DNA of 64,000 nt from an uncultured Bacteroidales bacterium. Lineage in GTDB: Bacteria > Bacteroidota > Bacteroidia > Bacteroidales > Bacteroidaceae. Below are positions 55,240 to 64,000 of this stretch, in pieces (the stretch's first letter is position 1; the number at the start of each line of letters is the position of its first letter). Under the pieces are notes generated by a model. That model ran no database searches and had not been told where the DNA came from. It saw only the letters and a program-made list of their open reading frames with translations. The translations under genes were made by a program, and so were the position numbers. The stretch lies in contig CACWTR010000002.1 of NCBI GenBank assembly GCA_902763865.1, positions 12,343-76,342 of the forward strand, given 5' to 3'.

Positions 55240-57498
55240 CTACCTGTCTTGAAATTTGAAGTTCTTGTCGATTCGTGTTCCTGCATGCAACTCCAAACGC
55301 TTACCATTAATGGTAATGTGAGAATTTTGTATGTTTACTTCACCTTCAGGTTTTGTGGCTGTGACGTTATTGCCGACATATATAGTATTCCCCCTGTAAT
55401 CTCTTATTTCACCTTGGATATATTCGTTCTGAATATACACATCTTTTGTATAATCCCATATAAATGGTATATAGTTATGTCTGTCCAGGCAGATTATAAT
55501 ACTGTCTGATGGGTTGGCATACGCCGCGTGACATCCATAGTACGACTTCACATCTTCTGTTGTTTTATCGTAAAACGTAATCTTGCAATTGCCGTCTTCC
55601 ACGGACACAAAGATACTGTCTCCGCGCGAATAAACCAAAGGCTCGGAAAACTTTCTGGGCTTATCTGTATAAATCTGCATCGAGGGGTCGCCAAAACAAT
55701 GGAACAGCTTTTTCGTTATATTCACCCAAAAGACTCCATCGCTCTCACGGTAGTTGACATAGGTCTCTGCCATCCTTTTTAATCCCTGGTCAAGAATCTG
55801 TCCTAACTCGTATGTCGGAGTTGGAGTGGGAGAATAACCAGAATAACAATACAACGGGTATTGGGGTTGAAGGCCTGGCCAAATAGCATCGAACATACCT
55901 AATGCCATTGCATCATTGTAACCAGAGAAACTTAACTCTGTTGGCGCATAAATTCCCACACATCCGCCATCTGCCTTTTTCAAAAAAACTTCGGAAAAAC
56001 AATCCGTAGGGCGGTTATACTTACCTGTACTGCAGTTTATACTAAAGACTACCGGTTGTTTGTTCCCATTTTGAAGCATTTTTATTTGTGGCGATAAGAA
56101 AAGCGGACTACTCCACATGCTTACTGCTCCGTGATCTCGATGAAAGACATAGAGCATTCCGTTGTTGATATGCGACATGATTCCAGTAAAGCCACCGCTC
56201 CATGAAAAATTACTTGATGTCAATTCTATAGGCAAAGCTTCTCCATTACCGTAAAGAGTACTCCATTTCAGTGATGTACTACTAGACTTCTTTACATACT
56301 GCCTATAAATCTGATATCCCTGAGACAAGACATGCTCACGTATGTTTTCCGAAGTCATTAGATAACATACATCTTCATATCCGTCATTGTTGTTGTCCTG
56401 AAACACAGAGCAGTTTAATCCGGAATGATAAAAACTATCATCATTTGGTGGATTCTTTTCGTACTGAATTATTTTGTTGAGAATAGTTGAAACTTCTAGT
56501 GGACTATCAGCAGGAATACGTCCATGAAAGATTTGGGGAATACTGTCTGCATCGGGTAGGCAGTAGTTAAAATCTGTCACTGCTGTTGTAAATATGGTGT
56601 CGTTATCACTCACATAGCTATACCCAAAGGTATCTGCAGGAACATCTTCAACTCCTCCCACAATCAGTAGATAGTCATTTTTGATGCTGTCCTGTTCGAA
56701 ATGGTCCTGTATATACCTTTTGACAGAATCCGTAGTCCATGTACCTTTGGGGCGTGTTGCCAAGTATACATTGAAGCCTTTCTGCTTTTTCCATTCCACG
56801 AAGTCATTAAGGCTACTTTCATATTCTGTTGTGGTAATAATCAGATAGTGCCTCTCATCCTTTTCCGTGACATCTACGTCACTTCGGCCAGACATTTTGT
56901 TTTGAATAATTCTTTTAGCAAAACTCGTCTTGCTTCCCTTGTACTCGTAATTATCCCCTGAATATGTCAACTTATACCTTATAAAAGTATACCTTCTAAC
57001 AGTATTCGTCTGATAATTATATTTCACAGGCGATATTGACACAGTAATAAGGGCATCATTTCTGTTTTGATATACGCCATGACTCTGTATGGCATTCGAA
57101 GGGTAAAAACCTGTGTAGAATGCAATGCTATGTTTTTGGATACCTATGTCCTCATCAGGGAATATTGGCAGTGATGGAGACAAGACAAACGTTGTGTCAA
57201 CGTATGCACTATCCAGCACACTTACAGTTATGTTACAGTCATTAGGGACAAGGAATGTGTCGTTGCGAAATGGTATACATGGTTCTCCTTCTCCGTCGCT
57301 AAGTCCGAAGCCTTCGTACCTTATATATTTGGTATCTTCATAATACTCAGAGTCTACAATCTCCGGATTATCGAATGTGTATGTCACAATTATGCCATCC
57401 GACACCTCTTCGACGGTTCTTGCTGGTTTATGCCCGTACGTAGTTGCAGCCGATGGCAGACTCATGCATATCATGAGGATTATAACGATTTTTTTCAT
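55240..57498 (-). CDS. peptidase C25 (gingipain)-like cysteine peptidase
   Basis: Propeptide-like N-domain. Candidate catalytic His in YVFHRDHGAV and Cys in VVFSINCSTGKY. No T9SS tail seen. Confidence 0.65.
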   Translation of the reverse strand: MKKIVIILMICMSLPSAATTYGHKPARTVEEVSDGIIVTYTFDNPEIVDSEYYEDTKYIRYEGFGLSDGEGEPCIPFRNDTFLVPNDCNITVSVLDSAYVDTTFVLSPSLPIFPDEDIGIQKHSIAFYTGFYPSNAIQSHGVYQNRNDALITVSISPVKYNYQTNTVRRYTFIRYKLTYSGDNYEYKGSKTSFAKRIIQNKMSGRSDVDVTEKDERHYLIITTTEYESSLNDFVEWKKQKGFNVYLATRPKGTWTTDSVKRYIQDHFEQDSIKNDYLLIVGGVEDVPADTFGYSYVSDNDTIFTTAVTDFNYCLPDADSIPQIFHGRIPADSPLEVSTILNKIIQYEKNPPNDDSFYHSGLNCSVFQDNNNDGYEDVCYLMTSENIREHVLSQGYQIYRQYVKKSSSTSLKWSTLYGNGEALPIELTSSNFSWSGGFTGIMSHINNGMLYVFHRDHGAVSMWSSPLFLSPQIKMLQNGNKQPVVFSINCSTGKYNRPTDCFSEVFLKKADGGCVGIYAPTELSFSGYNDAMALGMFDAIWPGLQPQYPLYCYSGYSPTPTPTYELGQILDQGLKRMAETYVNYRESDGVFWVNITKKLFHCFGDPSMQIYTDKPRKFSEPLVYSRGDSIFVSVEDGNCKITFYDKTTEDVKSYYGCHAAYANPSDSIIICLDRHNYIPFIWDYTKDVYIQNEYIQGEIRDYRGNTIYVGNNVTATKPEGEVNIQNSHITINGKRLELHAGTRIDKNFKFQDR

Positions 57499-57511
57499 GG
57501 TAGAGTGGAAT

Positions 57512-58813
57512 TTATTCTGAGACTATCATCCTTCTTGTCACACTCACCTTCCCATCCACTACGAGCGTGTAGATATACATTCCTGCAGTGAGGTCGCGGG
57601 CATAGACGGTAATGTTTGTCTCACCGCGTTCGGTGACTGAAATGTTCTGCACCTGCTTCCCGCTCATGTCATAGATGAAGATACTGGCCTTCTGCATCTG
57701 CTCGGGGATGTTAAGGCTGATTACCGTGCTTTCACTGAACGGATTGGGCTTGTTCTGGTCCATCCTAACCATATCAACGTCGGAAACATTATCCTCAATG
57801 GCCGTTGTTTCTGTTTTTGCCTTTGCTTTCTTCGTAGAGGTTCCTTCTAATGCTGCAACCTTTGCCGAGAGTTCCTTGATGCTCTGAACCAGCAGGGGTA
57901 CCATTTCCACATAGTTGATGCTGACATTGCCGTTGGCATCCTCATAAACAAGTTCTGGATAGACAGCCTTGAGCTGCTCTGCATCAAGGCCGTACTGGAT
58001 TGGGGAAAGATGCTGTTCTGGCTCTGCGTCCGCCGTCTCTTCAAGTGCCGTCTCTCCGAGTGCTTCAAGTTCTTCCTGCGACATATTATCTATATCTATA
58101 TAAGCGTCAGTCGTTGTCACCGAGTGTGTATTTTTATTCACAGATTCCCCTGAAGGGTCATATCTGAGATACTGCAATGTCTGGACCTGACTTAGTTTGT
58201 CACTCACACTTTCATTGCCATCATACATTACAGCAGACACTTTCTGAATACCAGATGTTATACTTGTCACAGGAGTAAGTATGGATGCCACGACTCCGTT
58301 AGTCACGCAAACCATACCGTTGAAGAACCCAGCATATTTACCTGGCCGATACGAAAAATCCGGATTGCCTGCTACCTCAGAGCCATATATGCCTGCAAAG
58401 TTCGTGAAATCTCCTGACCCAGATGACGGACTACCCATAAGACCTGCCCCTGTGTAGGCATTGTTTGAATATCCCGCCAAGCCTATCGCATATTGCGAAT
58501 TACTTGAACCACTGAGGCCTCTTGCCATGTATTTCCCTCCATAGGCATTCCCTGAAGCATTGTAAACATTTAGATATGCACCAGTAACATGGTCGCTGTA
58601 ATTTGCGAAATCCAACAAATATAATCCATATCTTTTCGTAATAGCAGAACATCGAATTGCTGCATCTTCACTTCCATTTGTTCCAACGGAAAGCATGGAC
58701 TTTGGCGAGTAGGTAGTGGCGACTCCCACCCGTCCCAGGGAATCTACTAACAGTTGTGCATTGATGTTCACGCTAGCTACTGCCAGAGACATCATAATAA
58801 GTATCTTTTTCAT
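57512..58813 (-). CDS. tail-fibre-like protein with S74-type intramolecular chaperone domain and T9SS sorting domain
   Basis: LSPIQYGLDAEQLKAVYPELVYEDANGNVSINYVEMVPLLVQSIKELSAKVAALEG, then NKPNPFSESTVISLNIP...MYIYTLVVDGKVSVTRRMIVSE. Confidence 0.7.
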   Translation of the reverse strand: MKKILIMMSLAVASVNINAQLLVDSLGRVGVATTYSPKSMLSVGTNGSEDAAIRCSAITKRYGLYLLDFANYSDHVTGAYLNVYNASGNAYGGKYMARGLSGSSNSQYAIGLAGYSNNAYTGAGLMGSPSSGSGDFTNFAGIYGSEVAGNPDFSYRPGKYAGFFNGMVCVTNGVVASILTPVTSITSGIQKVSAVMYDGNESVSDKLSQVQTLQYLRYDPSGESVNKNTHSVTTTDAYIDIDNMSQEELEALGETALEETADAEPEQHLSPIQYGLDAEQLKAVYPELVYEDANGNVSINYVEMVPLLVQSIKELSAKVAALEGTSTKKAKAKTETTAIEDNVSDVDMVRMDQNKPNPFSESTVISLNIPEQMQKASIFIYDMSGKQVQNISVTERGETNITVYARDLTAGMYIYTLVVDGKVSVTRRMIVSE

Positions 58814-58846
58814 GATAATAGCATTATTTGGGTTGTGTCAGGTGTT

Positions 58847-59212
58847 TTATTCTTTCTCGAATTCACCTTCGTAGATGGTGCTGTCCTCCAGGGTGTAGGT
58901 AATGGTATAGCTGCCATCTTCAAGGTTTGTGACGTCGGTGGAGAACTGTGTGCTGTCGAAGACTGTTTCCGTCTGTGAAATCAGCGTGTCGCCCAGTGCA
59001 TCCTTAATGGCTACATGAACATTTCCCAGGTACTCACTTACATTAGTTCTGCAAATGCTGCTGTCAATACTGGCAATTATGACCGGCATCTCGGAACGAG
59101 GTTCATTCGTGTGACCTTCCTTTTTCATTTCAAGAACAATGTCCTTTGCAGAGACAACCGATAGTGAAAACAAAGTCATCATTGCAGCGACAAATAAGAA
59201 TAACTTTTTCAT
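58847..59212 (-). CDS. small secreted DUF3244-like protein
   Basis: 121 aa. Signal peptide. C-terminal ...LEDGSYTITYTLEDSTIYEGEFEKE pattern. Confidence 0.6.
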   Translation of the reverse strand: MKKLFLFVAAMMTLFSLSVVSAKDIVLEMKKEGHTNEPRSEMPVIIASIDSSICRTNVSEYLGNVHVAIKDALGDTLISQTETVFDSTQFSTDVTNLEDGSYTITYTLEDSTIYEGEFEKE

Positions 59213-59253
59213 GGATTTTGCGATTTTAAGTTAATAATAATGTTTTGTCGCTG

Positions 59254-59261
59254 CAAAGATA
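59254..59261 (-). promoter_or_regulatory. candidate -7 box (TATCTTTG on minus strand) for the DUF3244-S74-C25 operon
   Basis: CAAAGATA within GTCGCTGCAAAGATACGG, 42 nt upstream of the start at 59212. Confidence 0.45.
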
Positions 59262-59418
59262 CGGCGGTTTCTACGTATGTTGTTCTTTATTTAGGTTAGT
59301 TTTTCACTTTCGTACATTCGCCTATAGCACAACGACTTATAGCCTCTTCCGTGCAGGGGAGAGGTTAGTTTTTTTCCCAGCCAGCAAGTCTTTTGCTTAA
59401 AAAGGGGCTAAAGAGCGG

Positions 59419-61008
59419 TTAGAAGTTGGCTATAAATTGCTTGAAGGACATGCTCTTGTCGGGAATGTCCAGCCGTTCCTTGAAGCCGACAAGTTTCTGC
59501 TTCAGGGAGACCTCGGCAATGCCGTAGATGTTGGCAAGACTCTTGATGGAGAAGTCGAGCCGTACCAACATGCAGAACTGAAAGTCCTTTTCGCGAAGAT
59601 CGGGATAGGCCCGCCTCAGACGCTCCGGAAAGCCGTCGCTTGTGACACTGAGGAAGGTAGCTATCTCCTTCCAGTCTTCCGGAGCAAGGGTGATGTGCTT
59701 GCCGGCTTTCTTTTTCTCCTCGAGACGCTTGTGGAAGTTATACTTTTCCATCACCATCTTCCGCATCAGGGCAAGCTGGGCATTCTTGTGTGCCATCTCC
59801 ATCTCGTGCTGTTCGCGTGCAAACTGCTCGCGAAGCAGATATTTTTCCCGCTCCCGCCTGGCTTTGTTCCTTACATTAATATATATGTACACACCTATCA
59901 TGAGCACAACGGTCAGAAGTAAGAGACTGCACAGGATGAATATCCGCTTGTGATATATTTCCGCTTCCTGCCGCCGGTTTTCCTTCTCCAGGCGTATTAG
60001 GTCCTGATAATAGTCCGACTTGACTTTCAATGCCTGGGTGTACATTTTTCTCATGCATTCGTAAGAAGAGTCGGAATATGCCAGGAACGAGGAAGCATCG
60101 TTATCTTTTGCCGACAGGATGGCAAGATTCCTATAGGCCAGATACTGGCGTTCGTAATCATCTTCACGGATAATAGCAGAGTACAACTCATTTGCCTGAC
60201 GGACGGAGTCTGCATCTGCATAGCAACTTGCCAGACGCGATGCGAGATTCACGTTCCTCGTTGGGGAGATATCCCATGCCGCTTTTACCAGAGACAATGC
60301 CTGGGGATAATCGTCCTGCTTGGTGAACAGCAGAGACTTATCCTGCAACACATCACTCATCAGGCAGGAATCGCCAATCACCTCTGCTTCCATAAGAGCC
60401 CTGTCCATGAAATAAAGAGCCGAGTCATCCCTGTTACAAAGCAAATAAGCATCTCCAATATCCAACAAAAGGAGAATCTTGTTTGTGACTTTGGGAGGGC
60501 AGTGTTCGGAATAGACCTGATAGGCTTTCTTGCTGTACTCCAGGGCCAGGGCTGCATCGGAGTACCTGATTTCCTTAGCCAGCTTGTTGAGTGCCAGATA
60601 GAGTGTGTAGTACTCCCCGCGCTCCTCTGCATAGTGTGCAGCGGTGCGCAGGCAGTCATCGCCCTGCTTGACGCTGTCTGCCATGATGTAGTACTTCCCC
60701 ATGTAGAGTTGGCAGCGGGCAAAGAGGGAGTCCTCGGGGTGGCGGCTGTAGTAGCTGTAGGCAATGCGGAGCAGGGAGTCGCTTGCGACATCTATTCCGC
60801 TCTTGTCTTGGGCCATGGAATATACCAGGGCATAGCAGGCAAGCGTCTCGCCGGAAAGGTGGCGGCGGTTGATGCCTTGCAGCAGATGGAGCGCGCTGTC
60901 GGGCTGTTCCTCTATGAGCAGCTCAGCCTGACGGACAATCCGGCCCGCGTGCCTGCCACAGGATGCAAGCATCAAACCTGCCAGAAGAAGCCCGATAGTG
61001 TGTCTCAT
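59419..61008 (-). CDS. TPR-repeat lipoprotein with one TM helix and a C-terminal LuxR/sigma-r4-like HTH (putative regulator)
   Basis: Lipobox LMLASCG. TPR-like repeats. TM helix IFILCSLLLLTVVLMIGVYIYI. C-terminus LREKDFQFCMLVRLDFSIKSLANIYGIAEVSLKQK. Confidence 0.7.
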   Translation of the reverse strand: MRHTIGLLLAGLMLASCGRHAGRIVRQAELLIEEQPDSALHLLQGINRRHLSGETLACYALVYSMAQDKSGIDVASDSLLRIAYSYYSRHPEDSLFARCQLYMGKYYIMADSVKQGDDCLRTAAHYAEERGEYYTLYLALNKLAKEIRYSDAALALEYSKKAYQVYSEHCPPKVTNKILLLLDIGDAYLLCNRDDSALYFMDRALMEAEVIGDSCLMSDVLQDKSLLFTKQDDYPQALSLVKAAWDISPTRNVNLASRLASCYADADSVRQANELYSAIIREDDYERQYLAYRNLAILSAKDNDASSFLAYSDSSYECMRKMYTQALKVKSDYYQDLIRLEKENRRQEAEIYHKRIFILCSLLLLTVVLMIGVYIYINVRNKARREREKYLLREQFAREQHEMEMAHKNAQLALMRKMVMEKYNFHKRLEEKKKAGKHITLAPEDWKEIATFLSVTSDGFPERLRRAYPDLREKDFQFCMLVRLDFSIKSLANIYGIAEVSLKQKLVGFKERLDIPDKSMSFKQFIANF

Positions 61009-61032
61009 AATGTGTCCCCGTCGCATAGCAGA

Positions 61033-64000
61033 CTATTCGCAGACTTTCCTACCGTTCTTTATGTAGATACCCTTGATGGATTTACCATTAGACCATTTAC
61101 CATTTAGCCATTTACCATTTACCATTTTTCCGGTGAGGTCGTAGCATTTACCATTAGACCATTTACCATTATTCCATTTACCATTTACCATTTCGTCATC
61201 TGAGCATTGACCACCTGGCATTTCTTCGCAGGGAAGGGCCTTGAGGCCGTCGATGATGTCGTCGGTGAGGTCGCCGACGATGGTGCCGAGCTTTGCCCAC
61301 GGGGATGACTGGTACTTGGCGAGGGCACTGGCATAGACGTGGATGGTGGGGTTGCTGTTGAAGACGTAGCTGGCGAGGGTGGGGGGCGTGAGTGCCTTGA
61401 CATAGACGTCCTTGACGGGTGAGTTGTAGAAGACGCCTTGGCCGAGGCTGGAGACTTTCTTGCCGAGGATGACCGTGCCCAGCATGTTGCTGCCGCCGAA
61501 GGCTTCGAGGCCAATGGAGGTGACGGCGTCGGGAATCTCTATCATCCTGAGGCCGGAGAAGCGGAAGGCTCTGTCGCCTATCTTCGTCAGCTTCAGGGGC
61601 AGACGCATGGCGACGAGCCCGAGGAAGCTGTCGAAGGCGTAGGCTCCCATCTGGTTGAGTGTGGTGGCGTAGCTTTGGTAGTAGGTGGCGGAACCGCTTA
61701 CCACTTTGGCATCCGTGAGGTCGATGGATGCCAGGTTGCCTTCGCCGAGTAGCTGGCGCAGATAGCGGATGTCCCTGCCGTTGATGTTGCCGCTGATGGT
61801 CACCTTTATGGCCTGGGCGGAAAGGGAGTCGGCGAGGACGCCTGCCTTGGGCATGACTACGTACTCTGCTCCGTTGCCTGCCAGGGCGATTTCGTGGAGC
61901 GAGCCGTCGGCATCGAGGGAATAGAGTTTAGAGTTTAGGGCTGAGAGTTGAGAGGGAGGGATGCAGAAGTTCTTTGCATTGGCAGCGAACAGGATGCTGC
62001 CGAATTCGTCGAGTGCCATGAAGCCGAGGCCCCCTTCGCCCTCGAGGGCATAGAGCGAGTCGGCTTGCAGGTAGGTGTATTCCGACGGCTGGCATGCTCC
62101 GGGCAGGTAGCTGGTGAACTGCCCCACGTTGCCGCACTGACCGACCTGGTCGGAGTCCCGTCGCCGCTGTCCTGCCGTGGTGAGGAAGCCGGTGGTGGGG
62201 ACGTGCTCCACGCGGTCTTCGATGAAGAGTATCTCGCGGTTCTTCGTGGGGTACCGGGCTATCTCGGCCAGTGTAGCGTCGATGTCGGCCTGTCGGATGG
62301 TGAGCGAGTGGGCGCCGTAGTCGTTGACGGTATAGCTGGAGAGCGGTTCGAAGAAACCCCAGATGCGGAAGAAGTCGGTGAGGTCCTCTCCGGCCACTTC
62401 GCAGACCTTGCGCACGAACTTCAGCGCACCTCCGCCCGTGGAGCTGTAGAGCGTGAGGGGGTCACTGCGCAGTGCGTTGAAGAGGGTGGGGTAGAAGGCT
62501 GTGTTCCGCTGGGCGAGGTGGTAGTAGAGGTAGAGTTGCCAGTACATGCGCATCTGGCTGCTGAGGGGCCGGGTAAAGAAGGGTTCGTGGTGCAGGTATT
62601 CGTTCATGACGGTGGAGAGCGGCGCCCCGTCGGATGCGACAAGGCCCGTGTGGAAGCGAATGTAGTTGGAGAAGAGGTTGTTCGAGACTTCGGTGCCTCC
62701 CTCTACAGTAATGGGCCCCTGATTGTTGTGTCCGCATTCGTGGGCGGCGCACCAGTCGTCGAAGCTTGCGGTCCGGGTCACGTTGAAGGAGCTTTCCACG
62801 CAGCCGTTGTACATGGTCCGGAAGGATGCCGAGTTGGCATATCCGCCATCGGTGGGTTCGCCTTCGACGGCGAAGTTCGGGTTGTTGTAGTAGAGCGGGA
62901 AGAGTGCTTCGCCGCCCGAGAGGTAGAACGGTGCTCCGGCCCGCTGCCCGGAGGCGACGCTCTGGCAGATGCCGGCCAGTTCCTTCTCCCAGACGGTGAG
63001 GCTGTCGAACCAGCAGATGCTTTTGTCGATGCTCTTGGGCCAGACCTGCCGGTAGGTGCTTGTCTTGAAGTTGAAGAGTGCCTGTCCGCCCTTGACGGTG
63101 AAGCGCTCGTGGGTGGCGGCAGCGAGGATGGACTGGTAGTCGGCATCGTTGCGTCGTGCCACGTCGTAGAACCCGTTGACGGTGCCGCCTTCGACGTGAA
63201 TCCGGATGTCGGGCCACTCGTTCAGGGTCTTCTTCATCGACTTTGTGTCGGCCACGTAGATGATGTAGAAGAGTGCGCCGTCCTTGCCATCCACGATGTT
63301 GAGTCCCTTCCGGAGCATCTTGCCCTGTGTGGCGGCGGTGACGAGGTCGTTGCCCTGACAGCCGGCGATGTAGAGTGTGGCGCCAGCCGGCACGTCGGTA
63401 TCGACGAAGACGTAGAGGGGGTCGTAGCCCTTCGTGTAGATGCCTGTGGGACCTCCCATGTAGGAGCCGCCGGTGGTGCGCAGCTTGCTGTTCCAGTAGG
63501 CGGCGTCGCTGTAGGGCTTGTAGGATTGGATGCGGAAGTCCTGCTCGTACTTGGCCCAGCTGCCGTTCTTCACTTTCAGCGCGATGCCGACCATGTAGGC
63601 GGGCATGCCGGCATCGGTCATGGCTGCGGTCAGCTCTTCGTCGGTAGCGGCCTGGTATTCGGGCCTGAGCCGTGTGCATGCTGCGTCCTCGAAGAAGTTG
63701 CCGGCCAGCTCGGCGGCGATGGCGCTGGAGTCTGACTCCTCGGGGTAGTACTTTTCCAGGTTGCCGACGATGGTGCCGTACTGCTTCCATGCGGATGCCT
63801 TGTAATCAGCCAGGACGCTGGTATAGACGCGCACTGTCGGCTTGGCCGTGAAGATGTAGGCTGCCAGTGCCGGCGGCGTCTTGGGCTTGGAGGAGACGGT
63901 GGTGATGTTCGGTGAGTTGTAGAAGACGGCCTGGTCGAGCTGCGAGACGCGGCGACCGATGACAACCGACTTGAGTGCATTGCAGTTGGCAAAGGCTGCG
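61033..64000 (-). CDS. M60-like (enhancin-type) metallopeptidase with BspA-type LRRs and a T9SS tail; 5' end outside the window
   Basis: HECGHNNQ zincin motif. LRR_5-type repeats before and after. The frame is open to the window edge beyond the track start at 63834. Tail KGIYIKNGRKVCE. Confidence 0.8.
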   Translation of the reverse strand, partial: AAFANCNALKSVVIGRRVSQLDQAVFYNSPNITTVSSKPKTPPALAAYIFTAKPTVRVYTSVLADYKASAWKQYGTIVGNLEKYYPEESDSSAIAAELAGNFFEDAACTRLRPEYQAATDEELTAAMTDAGMPAYMVGIALKVKNGSWAKYEQDFRIQSYKPYSDAAYWNSKLRTTGGSYMGGPTGIYTKGYDPLYVFVDTDVPAGATLYIAGCQGNDLVTAATQGKMLRKGLNIVDGKDGALFYIIYVADTKSMKKTLNEWPDIRIHVEGGTVNGFYDVARRNDADYQSILAAATHERFTVKGGQALFNFKTSTYRQVWPKSIDKSICWFDSLTVWEKELAGICQSVASGQRAGAPFYLSGGEALFPLYYNNPNFAVEGEPTDGGYANSASFRTMYNGCVESSFNVTRTASFDDWCAAHECGHNNQGPITVEGGTEVSNNLFSNYIRFHTGLVASDGAPLSTVMNEYLHHEPFFTRPLSSQMRMYWQLYLYYHLAQRNTAFYPTLFNALRSDPLTLYSSTGGGALKFVRKVCEVAGEDLTDFFRIWGFFEPLSSYTVNDYGAHSLTIRQADIDATLAEIARYPTKNREILFIEDRVEHVPTTGFLTTAGQRRRDSDQVGQCGNVGQFTSYLPGACQPSEYTYLQADSLYALEGEGGLGFMALDEFGSILFAANAKNFCIPPSQLSALNSKLYSLDADGSLHEIALAGNGAEYVVMPKAGVLADSLSAQAIKVTISGNINGRDIRYLRQLLGEGNLASIDLTDAKVVSGSATYYQSYATTLNQMGAYAFDSFLGLVAMRLPLKLTKIGDRAFRFSGLRMIEIPDAVTSIGLEAFGGSNMLGTVILGKKVSSLGQGVFYNSPVKDVYVKALTPPTLASYVFNSNPTIHVYASALAKYQSSPWAKLGTIVGDLTDDIIDGLKALPCEEMPGGQCSDDEMVNGKWNNGKWSNGKCYDLTGKMVNGKWLNGKWSNGKSIKGIYIKNGRKVCE
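61079..61194 (-). repeat. two in-frame blocks of the GTAAAT element flanking the CYDLTGK strand of the T9SS domain
   Basis: The minus strand reads ATGGTAA ATGGTAA ATGG(C/A)(T/A)(A/T)A ATGGTAA ATGGTCTA ATGGTAA twice. Translated MVNGKWNNGKWSNGK and MVNGKWLNGKWSNGK. Confidence 0.85.

Noticed and set aside
63630-63992. 120-aa minus-strand ORF at the window edge.
   Set aside because: It is out of frame with the LRR/M60 reading frame, which stays open to position 64000. It is Ser/Pro/Thr/Arg-rich and looks like a shadow ORF.

Overview
This is a 64-kb chromosomal segment from a GC-rich Bacteroidota genome. It most resembles a Prevotella/Segatella-like organism. That is an inference from TAnnTTTG promoter boxes, many T9SS C-terminal sorting domains, a V-type ATPase, meso-DAP dehydrogenase and GH29/GH43/esterase genes. 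Layout: (i) 1-8.5 kb holds core genes: Lrp/AsnC regulator, OM beta-barrel, cyclophilin, GT4 glycosyltransferase, Wzx-like flippase, FucO-like alcohol dehydrogenase. (ii) 9.1-22.0 kb is a ~12.9-kb nuclease-rich island of mosaic base composition, with no recognisable integrase, transposase or methyltransferase. It carries a WYL regulator, two diverged YopX-like paralogs, a PD-(D/E)xK-like protein and a DEDDh exonuclease with no canonical start codon. It also carries truncated second copies of the WYL and exonuclease 3' ends, a GmrSD-like DUF262/DUF1524 gene, and a second DUF262 gene split at an A7 tract. The remaining genes are an HKD (PLD) nuclease, a wHTH-AAA+ ATPase, a RhuM-Fic/Doc protein and a UDG-superfamily-like protein. 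This island is my best candidate for an undescribed (defence-type) system. (iii) 22.3-44 kb is core metabolism: V-ATPase D/I/K, nucleotidyltransferase, alpha-L-fucosidase, udk, MltF-like transglycosylase, esterase, GH43, pfkA, RND efflux pair, ddh, nrdDG. (iv) 44.4-64 kb is a T9SS-cargo region. It holds a 1449-aa GLUG-repeat protein, a C25-like peptidase, an S74-chaperone tail-fibre-like protein, DUF3244, a TPR-HTH regulator and an M60/BspA-LRR peptidase that runs off the window, plus a decayed segmental duplicate. Intergenic DNA throughout, and a few coding regions in frame, carries several short-unit repeat families: hairpins whose arms are tandem 9-10-mers, phased 21-23-bp palindromic unit arrays, a GGAGCARG tandem family and a ~30-bp GTAAAT element. 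I recognised no rRNA, tRNA or CRISPR array. All family assignments come from motif recall on the translated ORFs, not from database searches.
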